NCBI GenBank assembly: GCA_009602735.1
Contig: WELA01003606.1
Span: forward strand, 142,770 to 206,769
Length of the DNA stretch: 64,000 nt
Origin: Mesotaenium endlicherianum
Taxonomy: Eukaryota
Direction: 5' to 3'
The notes beneath the pieces were generated by a model. It ran no database searches and had not been told where the DNA came from. It saw only the letters and a program-made list of their open reading frames with translations. The translations under genes were made by a program, and so were the position numbers. Positions 11,440 to 22,900 of this stretch are shown here, piece by piece. Position 1 is the stretch's first letter, and each line of letters starts with the position of its first letter.

Positions 11440-14400
11440 TCCAGTCTACTGACTGTGAGGATGCTAGAGATAGTGAGTCGTCACTAGCTGCCCTCGTAGC
11501 AGGTATTATGGGTCCTGCTGAACTGGATTCACTATGCATGCCTGACAACCAAATAAAGGAGACCATCAGCAATAAAGACATCCAGAGAGTGGACACTCTG
11601 GATGCTCTTGTTCCACCTGATGTCCAACATTTCTTTGCTAAGTCAGGAGAACAATGCGAAAGTCAGGAAAAGACAGTCCCCCCTATTCTACTGCATTGCA
11701 TGATTGCAGGTAGGAAGGTGAGGACATTTGTTGACGGAGGAGCGTCACAAAGTTTTATCCATAAGGACTTAGTTAAGCGGCTAAGACATCCTACTGTCAC
11801 CCAAGGGAATAGAAAAATATTCCTTGGAGATGCCTCAAATATCCCGGGAGGAGTTATAACCAAGCCTATTGAGGTCGAGTTAGGTTCTGGCATTACAGTT
11901 CTAACTGAAACGCTTACATTTGAGGTACTCAACACTGGCTTTTATGATCTCGTGCTAGTCAGGACCGGGCTGAATAGACATCAAGCTGAAGTGTGTTGGA
12001 GCAGAGGTACAGTGAAAGTGAGAGGAGCCAGTAATGGGCAGACTGACTTGGCACCCACCAGTGCTCTTCCTCTTGTCCTGTGTGGATGGCAATTGAAGGA
12101 ATAGAGGAGGCTTCCAGAAGAATGCAAGTTGCTGAATGCAATGGAGTTTGTGAAAAGCTCGAACCAGAAGGAAGACAGAATGTTCTGTCTGCTGCTAAGA
12201 GAGGTACCTCCTAAACCTGAAGAAGTGGTTGAGGAAAAGGTAAGCCCTTGGAGCACCCTATTGCTGCGAAAATTGTTGCTCAGTACACGGGTAGTGATTT
12301 GAGTCATTTTATATTAGTTCGCATATATTTTAATGTTTTCAAATATATTTGGAGTAGTATTGTGTGGATTCAAGTGTGAATAGGTACTCTAGTGACTTGG
12401 TTCATGTCCTTGGAACCTTCTAAGGCATTTTCGAAGTTAGAGGAAAGACCTAGAAGAACTCCACGTGGCAAAAGTCAAATGTGCCATTTTTAGGTCAAAA
12501 GGACATGTGTACATTATTGTAGAAAGAGGTGGCAAGTTTTGGGATGTGTTGGGTGCCAACACATCAACATACACCTTCCTAGAAATTACTTATGTAGCAA
12601 GTATATAAACAAGAGCTAGAACACAGAAAGACATTCCAGAATCACTCTTGTACTTGCCAAAATCCAGAAATATATTAACTTTCAAGAAGCCATCTCTCTT
12701 TCAAGAAGCTACCACTTGTGTTCAAAGATACTTGTCTTGAATAGATAAAGTATTATATTTCACTAAGTACTTCATCTATTTGTTTCACTACAACACGGAT
12801 GTATGTAATATGCCTCCGTGACTACCCCCTAAGAGAGAAGTAGATTACAGGATAGATTTATTTCCTGGGAGTCAACCACCCTGGCAACGCACTTATGGCT
12901 TGTTTTATGTAGAGAGCGAGGAGTTGAAAACACAGATTGCAGAGCTTGAGGAAAATGGTTATATTTCTCCCAGTAAATCACCTTACGGCGCACCCATCCT
13001 ATTTGTTAAGAGAAACGATGGCAGTATGCGGATGTGTGTGGATTACAGAGCTCTGAATAAAATTACAGTAAAGAACAAGTATGCTTTACCCAGAATCGAG
13101 GACTTGCTTGATACCCTGTCTGGTGCTAAGGTGTTCAGAAAAATAGATCTCAAGAGTGGTTATCATTAAATCAGAATTGCTGAGGGGGATGTACACAAGA
13201 CTACCTTCCGCACACGTTATGGACACTATGAGTTCAACGTGATGCCATTTGGACTGACTAATGCTCCTGCGACCTTCATGGGTGCTATGAATGACATTTT
13301 CAGACCTTATTTGGATAAGTTTGTGCAAGTTTTCCTGGATGATATTTTAATTTTCTCTAAAGATGAAGCTCAGCACACTGAACACTTAAAGACAATCCTG
13401 GACACTCTGAGAAAAAATCACTTATATGCTAAAATGAGCAAGTGTGATTTCTTTAAAGAAAGAATTGAATTCTTAGGCCACGTTGTCAATAAAGACAACA
13501 TCAGTGTGGATCCTAAGAAAGTCCGGACCATAAGGAACTGTCCAGTACCACAGTCTGTCTTTGAACTTAGATCCTTCCTCGGGTTGGCTAACTACTATAG
13601 GAGATTTATTGAGAATTTTTTACAAAGGCCAGGAAACTGACTGACCTTACTAAGAAAGACATAGGGGACGTGTGGGGGGAAGAGCAGCAGGCTGCCTTCC
13701 AGACCCTTAAAAATGCTCTTTGTTCTGCCCCAGTGCTAGCCGTGTATGACCCCAGCAAACCGGTGCAGGTGGTTACTGATGCCTCTGACTTTGCCATGGG
13801 TGCTATTTTGTTGCAGCCTGCTGACAAAATCACAAACGATGGTAAGGTACGGCAGGAGTTGCATCCTGTGTTGTACGAGTCTATGAAATTTAATCCAGTG
13901 GAGATTGATTACTCAGTGCATGATAAAGAGCTGCTAGCTATCATTCATGTGCTCAAACAGTGGAGAGCATACTTACATGGTAAAGCTTTTAAGGTGATTA
14001 CAGATCATCTAGCTCTCACTCACTTTCAGAAGAAGTCCAAGCTGTCGAGGAGGGAGAACCGCTGGAGCCAGATGCTGGAGGAGTTCCAAGTCCAGATCGA
14101 CTACAAACCAGGGAAGTTGAATCCAGCTGATGCACTCTCTAGAAGACCTGACTTGCAAGGAAGAAACTTTAGTCAGCATGCTGTAGATAAAGTCCTGTGT
14201 GCACTCACTTCACGAAAGGTGAAAAAGTCCTTCCTTGAACAACTTAGGAAAGCCTACCTTTCTGACCCAACATTTGAGCCCAGCCCCACTACTGGTGTGT
14301 GTCGTGCTACTGCACTCGGGTATAAACTTGAGGGAGGGGTCTGGGTGACTGAAACCACTTCAGGCAGGCTGAAGCTGGTCATTCCTAATAACTTGGAAAT

Positions 14401-15688
14401 ACGGTCCCTTTTATTGAGTCAAGCACATGACAGTCTACTGAGTGGGCATTTGGGGCAGGCCAAAACTGTTGGCAAACTGGCAAAACATTATCATTGGGAG
14501 GGATTGCCCCGGGTGGTCTTGAAATATGTGAAGTCCTGTGATCAGTGTCAAAGAAATGAGTCTAGGCACACACCCCCGGGAGGTCTCTTGCAACCGCTGC
14601 CCATCCCAGCGGGCCGCTGGGAAACTATATCCATGGACTGGGTGGTTACACTACCACGAACTGCTAATGGGCATGATTCGATACTGGTAGTCGTGGATAA
14701 AGTGACAAAAGTGGTCATTTTCATCCCCACTACTGTCAAAGTAACTGCGCTCGAAACAGGGAGACAGTTCTACAACCATGTAGTATGCCAACATGGACTA
14801 TCCTCTAATATCATCTCAGACCGAGACTCAAAATTTACCTCTAAGTTCTGGAGAGCTTTAATGGGGTTAACGGGAGTCAAACAGCTGCTCAGCACAGCAA
14901 ACCACCCTCACACTGATGGGCAGACTGAAAGAACAAACCGAGTTCTGCAGGAGGTGCTGAGAGCATATATTAACCAAAAACAAGATAATTAGGATGACCT
15001 GTTGCCTCAAATTCAGTTTGCGGTCAACAGTGCGGTGCACGCGTCAACGGGCAAGACTCCTTTTGAACTCAGCCTGGGTAGAGTCCCTAAGTCTCCTTTA
15101 GATGTACTGGGGGAGTCTTTAACTTACCCTGAAGGGATTGACAATCGGGTCTCCCTCCAGTTAACTCAGGAGTTTGCTGACACCCTGTCAGAAGTCCAAC
15201 AAAACCTGCATAAAGCTCAAGAAAACCAACAAAAATACGCTAATCAACACCGCCGGGAGCTGACATTTTCTAAGGGCGATTTAGTCAAACTGCATTCTCA
15301 GCACCTGTACCTCCCTGGTGTGGTCAAGAAAAAGCTTGGCCCCGTCTGGGTCGGTCCATATTCGGTGGTACGTCGTGTTGGTCAGAATGCTTACAAACTG
15401 AACATGTCGGCGGACTACAAGCGTTACCCGGTCTTTAATGTCTCCTTCCTGGAACCATACATCAAAGGTGATACACTGTTCACAGGTCGGCAACCCTGAG
15501 GAATATGAGGTCGATGAGATTTTAGACGCTCGCTCGGTCCGTCGATCGTCTAAATATGCCATGAAGTACCTCATCCGATGGAAGGGTTACGATGCCTCTG
15601 GGGACACTTGGGAGTTCAAACACCAGCTGAACAATGCCAAGGGGCGTTGAAAAGGTTCCACCTTCGGGCGGCTTGGGCACCGCCCTAA
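11415..15688 (+). pseudogene. pol: A2 pol (PR-RT-RH-IN-chromodomain) in the -1 frame, disrupted
   Basis: FVDGGAS protease, [10 protein letters not shown] and [19 protein letters not shown]ase H, HHCC and DDE integrase, WVGPY, chromodomain YLIRWKGYDASGDTWE. Confidence 0.92.
12290..12792. repeat. Family D solo LTR (503 bp)
   Basis: Termini (G)GTAGTGA...TCACTACA and TSD ACACG at 12285-12289 and 12793-12797; interrupts A2 pol. Confidence 0.88.
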
Positions 15689-15927
15689 CTGTCCCTTCAG
15701 TAGACATGGGCAGGTGACAGGAGGTCCTGTCTCCATATAAGTTGGAGGAGGATGTGACAGTTAGTGACAGTTGTGACAGGCAGCCCACCTTTAAAATTAA
15801 GTTGGAGGGAGTGGTATTCTATTTCGGGATCAACCGGAAAATCACTGATAACCATATTACACACTCAACCTGCGCTCACACTCACTTTCTCTCTAACTCA
15901 ATTTTCCCTTATATTCACTCACACCAG

Positions 15928-16035
15928 GTATTTCACACTAGGAACTCTCCCGATCGCGTTCCTCTTCATCAAGGGCACTCAGTAGCGGCAAAAAATCATG
16001 ACCTCACTAACTGCATTGTGTTTATGATTGAGCAG
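15928..16035 (+). other. Predicted spliceosomal intron in the ORF3 5' leader of A2
   Basis: CAG|GTATTT donor, CACTAAC branch site, GAGCAG|GATG acceptor. Equivalent introns in A1 (4227-4332), A3 (31913-32018) and A4 (40537-40644). Confidence 0.7.
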
Positions 16036-16036
16036 G

Positions 16037-17698
16037 ATGACTCAAAAGTCGGAACTCAAGAGGAAGAGAAGGGCGGAAGAGGCACATGCAGAATACTCGC
16101 AATTCCGTGGAGACGTCGAATCATCCTCCATCTCCGCTTGGGAATCACAACGACTCCAACAACAGCGGGAGGCACAGAAGAAGAAGGAGGAGGAGGAGGC
16201 CAAACTGAGGTAGGAAGAAATGGACAGAAAAGCTGCACAGGAAGCCAAGAAAGCAGAGGAGGAGAGGCAAGCTGAGGAGAGGCGGAAGCATCAGGATGAA
16301 GAAGAGGAGAGGAGAATCAGCAGCTACCGCTACACAGTACTGGGCAAGGGCTTCGATCTACTGGAAGAGGCCTTCAAGTATGCTCAGAGAGGTCGCAGTG
16401 AGTCACAGAAGGACATCCTCCAGAGGGAAGGAGTGACATCCGAAAACTTTGACAAGTATATAGAGGCCAGCACGGGGCTCCTCCTCTACCACGATTACGC
16501 CAGGATAGTAGGATATACGGTCAGAGAGGCCAAGGCAATGGCCCAGGTGCACGAAGCAGGGGCTGTATCGATTCCTGGTATCTAGGGGGAAGATAGGGTC
16601 ATCAGGATGATCCCCATGGACGCAGACAGCTTTAAGGACTCCACATCCCATAACAGGTTCAAGGCCATGTATAATGAGGTGGAGAGAAGGAGCTGTAAAT
16701 TCTTGGCCAGGGAAACCAGTCAGCTGGACTTTGCAGGGCACTGGCACCCTTGTACTCTGAAAGGGACAGACCCTGCCTTCTTCCAGAAGCCCACCGATTG
16801 GCGGTGAATGACCATCAACATGAGGGACCAGCAGATTGAGAGGGCGACGGATGAGGATTTCCTGACAGACCTAAAGGGGAACATAGTATTGCCCTCTCAC
16901 ATTGCGGCTTGGGACCCAAGATTGGATGGAGTCAGAGACTGCATGAGCCAAGAAATGCAGGGGGACAGAAGTAGGGCCCGAGAGTCATTCTCAAAAGGGA
17001 AGCACGCTTATGCCAACTGGGCAAGCAAGCAGGGGAAAAAGGACCTGTATGCGGTCCGAACTCAGCAGCCCCGACCAGCACCCAAAAGGGGAAGGTCAGT
17101 GGGATATTATTTTTCTCGGGAAGAACTGGAGCAGCTGACAGAAGAGACCCCAGAAGTCTCAAAGGAACCCGGGGACGGAGAGGAGGAGGAGTCAGAGGAA
17201 GACGAGGAGGAAGGCGAGGAGGAGGACACTAGCCCCGCCGTGATCCTGACACCTGCCACATCCCCTGTAAGGGAGAAGACTGAGTCGGCCCTGCAGCAGC
17301 TCGCTGAAGAGGAGGATATCACTTGGCTGGGAACTGCCATGGGACAGAGCCCATCTCCAGGCACGGAGACCTAGTCAGACAGGGCAGACAAGAGGGCTGC
17401 TAGAGTAATAGCCAGAGGCCTGCCAGCATCTCCCTCGCAGAGAGGGCATGTACCCTTAGCTCATGTCATGCAACATCCTTCTGGGATGCCGATATATGTA
17501 CCAGTCAGTTTGAGGGATGCCCCGGAAAAGGCTGCCTCCATTCAGTTTCAGACCGTGCAGGAGGAAACAGCACAGTTACTGCGTTCTCTGCCGGGTCCCG
17601 ACATGGAGCCTCCCTCTCTGACAGGCTTCAAAAGACCCCAAGACAGGAGGAGGACTCACTCCCCTAACCATAGGGCCCCAGGGGCATCTCCCTCCTAA
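16037..17698 (+). pseudogene. ORF3 accessory gene of A2 (allele I), 553 codons in one frame with 4 nonsense substitutions
   Basis: ORF pieces at 16028, 16220, 16607, 16808 and 17468 are all in frame. Layout: KRKRR, coiled-coil, conserved core, acidic tract, C-terminal GHVPLAHVMQHPSGMP. Confidence 0.9.
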
Positions 17699-18906
17699 GG
17701 GCGGAGGGCCAGGGGCATAGCATGCTAGATGGGAGAGGGATCAGTAATTTCAGTTGGGGAAACCTATGTACCCTTTGTCAATGTTGTCGAGGCGACAACG
17801 TGTTAAGTTGGAGGGACTGTAATGAATCAGTATATTGGTTGATATAATATTTATTTAAATAAAACAGTTTAATAAGTTCAGCCTGCTAAACTCTAGTTAA
17901 TAATCAGTCTGCTGGACTTTATATTTAATATCAGTTTAATGACTCAGTCGGAAGCAGCAGGCTGGAGTCAGCTTAAGTCAGCTTGCTGACACATTCTTTG
18001 ACAGCCAGCTGACTTTCGTACTCGGTAGCACCGAACTGCCTCGATATGCATCTAAGTGTGATATGCTAGATGAATGGCCAGATGACATCCCTACGATGGA
18101 TGGCGATTCGGGATGATGGGAGATGGCGGTTGTAAGGTCATAGGTTTATAAAGTGCATTTTTGAGTCTCATGAAAGTATGATTTGATTGTATAGTAGTGT
18201 AGAGTGCATTTTTGTGGACATTTTGATATAAAGTTCATCGAATTTGGTCAAGTATTGAGAGAATTATGGATTTCCGAAGTTTAATTAGTTTTGAGGTCGG
18301 CTGACGACTGTCCTTAATTCGCGGTGAGCGCGACCGTCGGATTGACCGACAGCGCCGAGCGATCTGGCCCGTTAGAATGAACTCGAACCTTCACGTAAGT
18401 TCGGCTGACGCGGAGTGCCGACTAGGACGATTTACCAAGAAGTTTCGGTTTAGCCTAGCGCGTCTAAGATAGAAAATTCTAGTAATGTCGATGCATGTAT
18501 ATGGACGTCAATTCGGCCCGACACGTCAGATTAGACTGATCTGGCTTACTCACGAATATTCTGGAAGGGACGATTTGACGAACACTTAAGAAAATCCGTA
18601 GCTTCCTCCTAGGGAGGAGCACTTAGGCAGAAAATTATAAATAGGCATAACTTCTTTGTTTCTTATCAGTTTTCACTTCCGTAAATTCCTACGGGTTTGT
18701 AATGACAAGGCCTTTCATCCTACATCATTTGTGAGCAATTTCTTGCCACTCAAAATGTCAAGTAATTTTCCTAAGCCTTCTTAGCAATATGCCGCTGCAC
18801 TCTTGAGTATGATGGCAACTAGCTTTGTTCCTCGTGAGTCACTACGCTTCCACTAGGGCACTCTGCCCTTTTCATCTGGTATCGGAGCAGGGCTGATTAT
18901 TATATT

Positions 18907-19925
18907 ATGGATTCGCAGTCGGTAGCTGGAGGAGGCAAACGTGTTGAGCATGTTGAGCGCGCGGGGCAGCAGGCAGCACCAACAATGACCAGAGAGCAAC
19001 AAGAGATGCAGGCGATGCTAAGGCAATTGGAGGAGAAGTCTACACCCAGTTTCAACAAAATATGCGCGCGGAGGTGGAGAGAATGGTGCGAGTTGTTATG
19101 GGGAACGTCGCTTCGACGAGTTCGGCACCTGCACCTGTTGTGCCACCGATTCATGTTAACCCAGTGGTGCAACCAATTATTCCACCCGCATCAGGAGTGC
19201 GTGCGCCTAAGCCTGAAGTTTATACTGGAGAGCGTGGATCGCCGTCTGTTCATCAATGGATTTTTGGAGTGAAGAACTTTATGGAGTACTCTGCGCTCAC
19301 GCCCGACAGGCAAGTCGCCTTTGTCATAACTTTGCTGCAGAAGAGTGCTGGAGCTTGGTATGAACGAGAAGAGCAGTTGTTTGGAGTTCCTGCTACTGTT
19401 GATCAGCTCTTTGAAGGCTTGAAGAGGCAATTTCAACCTATTGCACCCGAGGCTACCGCTCGAGATCTATTGGTGCGCCTTCGTCAGCGAGGAAGCGTTC
19501 AGGAGTATGTATCGCGCTTCAACGAGCTGGTGCTTCAATGTCCATCCATGCACGAGTCGGAGATGATGGACAAGTTCAAGAGGGGACTCAAGCCAACTGT
19601 GGCCAAGGAAGTGGCGCTCAAGGACCCTACCAGTCTTGGAGAAATGATGGCATTGGCAACAAGGGTCGACGCTGTGGAGTATAGTCAGAGGCAGTGGGGC
19701 AGCCACAACTTTGGAGGATATCGACACTTTGGATCTCAAGCGCCAAGCACGAGTGGACAAGGCCCAGTACCCATGGAGTTGGGACTTGTGCAGTACCAGC
19801 GCAGGCAGCAGAATTTCAAGCCGAGAGGACCGTGCTATAGTTGCGGCAAGCTTGGACATCTGGCTCGAGACTGTCATGTGAAGGCGAAGCAACCTCAACA
19901 GCAGGAAAAAGGAGGACGCCAGTAA
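18907..19925 (+). pseudogene. gag: B2 gag (one frameshift near 19045)
   Basis: PKPEVYTG, LRQRGSVQEYVSRF, GPVPMELG, and CCHC knuckle CYSCGKLGHLARDC. Confidence 0.9.
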
Positions 19926-22900
19926 GTCGTTCTGGGGTGTCTACTGGCGTGAAGACGAGAACTCACAAGGAGGTTATCCCCAGGAGCCTGCCGAGAAGCA
20001 AAAGACGAGATGTTGACAAGCCTCTCATCGTGGAAGGAGTGGTCGACGGCAACAAGGCGAAGTGTATGGTCGACAGTGGCGCAAGTGCAGATTTTGTGCA
20101 CAAGAAGCTGGTGGAACAGTGGCGAATCCCTGTGCAGAAGCATTATGAGCCTAAGGAGGCAATTTTGGCTAATGGGCAGAGACTCAAGTGTGGTGCACCT
20201 ACGAAAGCTATTCACGTGGAAGTAGCGGGGCACCAGAATCAGGAAGTCATGGAGCAGGCAGAGTTAGGTCACCATGCGGTGATATTGGGCCGACCATGGC
20301 TNACCATGAGGTGATATTGGGCCGACCATGGCTAAGAAAAGCCAACCCTCAAGTGCACTGGAGCACAGGACAAGTGAAAGTCCAAGGGTGTGATGGTCGA
20401 ATGGAGACAGCAAAACAGGTTGAGGTAGATACGACCACAAGTAACTGTCTTCTGTCGAGCCTGCAAGTTAAGAAGCTATGCAGGGCGAATCAGGTGAAGG
20501 AGATGCACCTTGTTTCGGTGATCCAGGCCAGGTCATCAGATGGAGCAAGCGTGATTCCTAACAGCCTGGGCGAATGTACATCGCCGGAGGAGCAAGTAGT
20601 GGTGTCTGATCCCCTTGCTCAGAAGGAGCAGAGCCCAACTGCTCAAGAGAAGAAGCCTGCTGAGATGCCTGCCCAAATTAAGGCGCTTTTGGAGGAGTTC
20701 AAGTGCGTATTTCCTGAGGAACTACCTGCAGGATTACCTCCACAGAGAGCTATGGAGCACCGGATTGAGTTGGAACCAAGGAGCAAGCCACCAGTGAGAC
20801 CCGCCTATCGACAATCGTTTGCGGAGTTGGATGAGTTGAAGAAGTAGCTGACAGGGTTGTTGGAGAAGGGATTCATCCGACCCAGCGAGTCTCCATTTGC
20901 AGCGCCAGTCTTATTTGTGAAGAAGAAGGATGGGACTATGAGGATGTGTGTTGACTATCGGGCTCTCAACAAGGTCACCATCAAGAACAGGTACCCACTT
21001 CCACGAGTGGACGAGTTGATTGACAGGCTTGTCGGGGCGAAGTATTTCTCAAAGATCGATTTGAGGAGTGGCTATCACCAGGTACGGATTGCGGAAGGAG
21101 ACGTTCAGAAGACTGCTTTCAGAACTCGCTATGGTTTGTTCGAGTTCACAGTCATGCCTTTTGGATTGACTAATGCACCTGCTACATTCATGAAACTTAT
21201 GAATAGTATCTTCACGCCCTACTTGGACCAGTTTGTGGTGGTATTTTTGGACGACATCCTGATCTATTCAAAGACCTTGGAGGAGCATGTGGGGCATCTG
21301 AGGAAGGTGTTGGAGGTCTTGAGAGATCAAAAGCTGTGTGGGAAGATGAGCAAATGCGACTTCTGTCTCAAGGAGGTCGAGTTTCTTGGACACATAGTGG
21401 GAGCTGAAGGAGTCAAGGTGGAGCAGAAGAAGGTGCAAGCAGTCAGAGATTGGCCGGTACCTGCTGATATTCATCAACTCAGGAGTTTCCTCGGCATGGC
21501 GAATTATTATCGACGTTTCATTGAAGGATTTGCCAAGGTATGTGCACCGCTCACGGACATGTTGAAGAAGCAGGAGAAGTGGCTATGGGGTGACAAGGAG
21601 CAGCAAGCATTTGAGAAGATTAAGGAGCTGTTGACACAGGCACCTTTGTTGGCAATTGCAAGTCCAGAGCTTCTTTTCACCATCATCACAGACGCGTCAA
21701 ACTTTGCAATGGGAGCCATTCGTCTCCAGGACCAGGGCAAAGGATTGCAGCCTGTGGCATATGAGAGCAGGAAGTTGAGTCCTGCTGAGCAAAACTATGC
21801 AGCACACGAGCGGGAGATGTTGGCTATTATCCAGGCTTTGAGGATTTGGCGATGTTATGTGGACGGCCGGAAGGTGTTCATAAAGACCGACCACAAGAGC
21901 TTGGAGAAGTTTATGACGCAGCCAACGTTGAAACCAAGACAAGCAAGGTGGATGGAGTTTCTGCAACAATTTGACCACAAGATTGAGTACTTACCTGGGA
22001 GACGCTCTATCCAGGAGGTGTGACCTTGCAGCTGTTTCAGTCATTAAGGAGAATATGGACTTCAAGAAGAAGCTTCAGAGAGGTTATGAGGAGGACCCAG
22101 AGTTTGCTGATGGCGGAGCAGCTGAGTCCAACTCGAGCATGCAGAAGAAGGACGGCATATGGTATTATGATGATTCCAACAGAGTGGTGGTACCTGACAT
22201 CAAGGAGCTACGAGACTTACTACTTGCGGAGCATCATGACTGCTTATATGCTGGACACTTGGAAGCGAGAAGACGGCAAGCGTGCTGAAGCGAGAGTACT
22301 ATTGGAGAAATATGGACAAGGACATTGAGGAGTGGATCAGGAGTTGTGATGCGTGCCGAGGAAACAAGACACCAAATCAAAAGAAGGGAGGTACATTGCA
22401 GCCCCTGCCTATTCCAGAGTATCCTTGGGAGCAGATTGCTATGAACTTCATCACATCGTTACCAGTCAGTGGTCAAGGGCACGATGCAGTATGGGTTGTG
22501 TCTGACAGACTCAGCAAGATGGCTCACTTCATTCTCATGAAGGAGACTTCTACGGCAGCGGATGTGGCACGGCCATTCCTTGATCATATTTTCAGGCTAC
22601 ATGGGTTGCCGAAAGTGATCGTTTCAGATCGGAATCCAAGGTTCACTAGCAACTTTTGGCGGTCATTGTTTACTTGATAGGGACCAAGCTGAGTATGAGC
22701 ACTTCCTATCATCCTCAGACAGACGGGCAGAGTGAGAGACTCAACAGAACTCTGCAAGAGGTGCTCAGGAGTTTCACTATGGAAGACCCTTCAGAGTGGG
22801 ACAAGAAGCTACCAGGGTTGGAGTTTGCCTACAACAACAGCATGCAGGGATCCACCAAGCGGTCACCATTCGCTATGGTTTATGGGCGAGAAGTATATTA

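Noticed and set aside
16037..17698. ORF3 as an envelope gene
   Set aside because: The position is env-like, but there is no signal peptide, hydrophobic transmembrane segment or fusion-peptide-like stretch.
20274..20332. Apparent tandem duplication and frameshift in the B2 protease region
   Set aside because: Centred on an 'n' at 20302, so most likely an overlapping contig join. Other n positions are 9815 and 44714.
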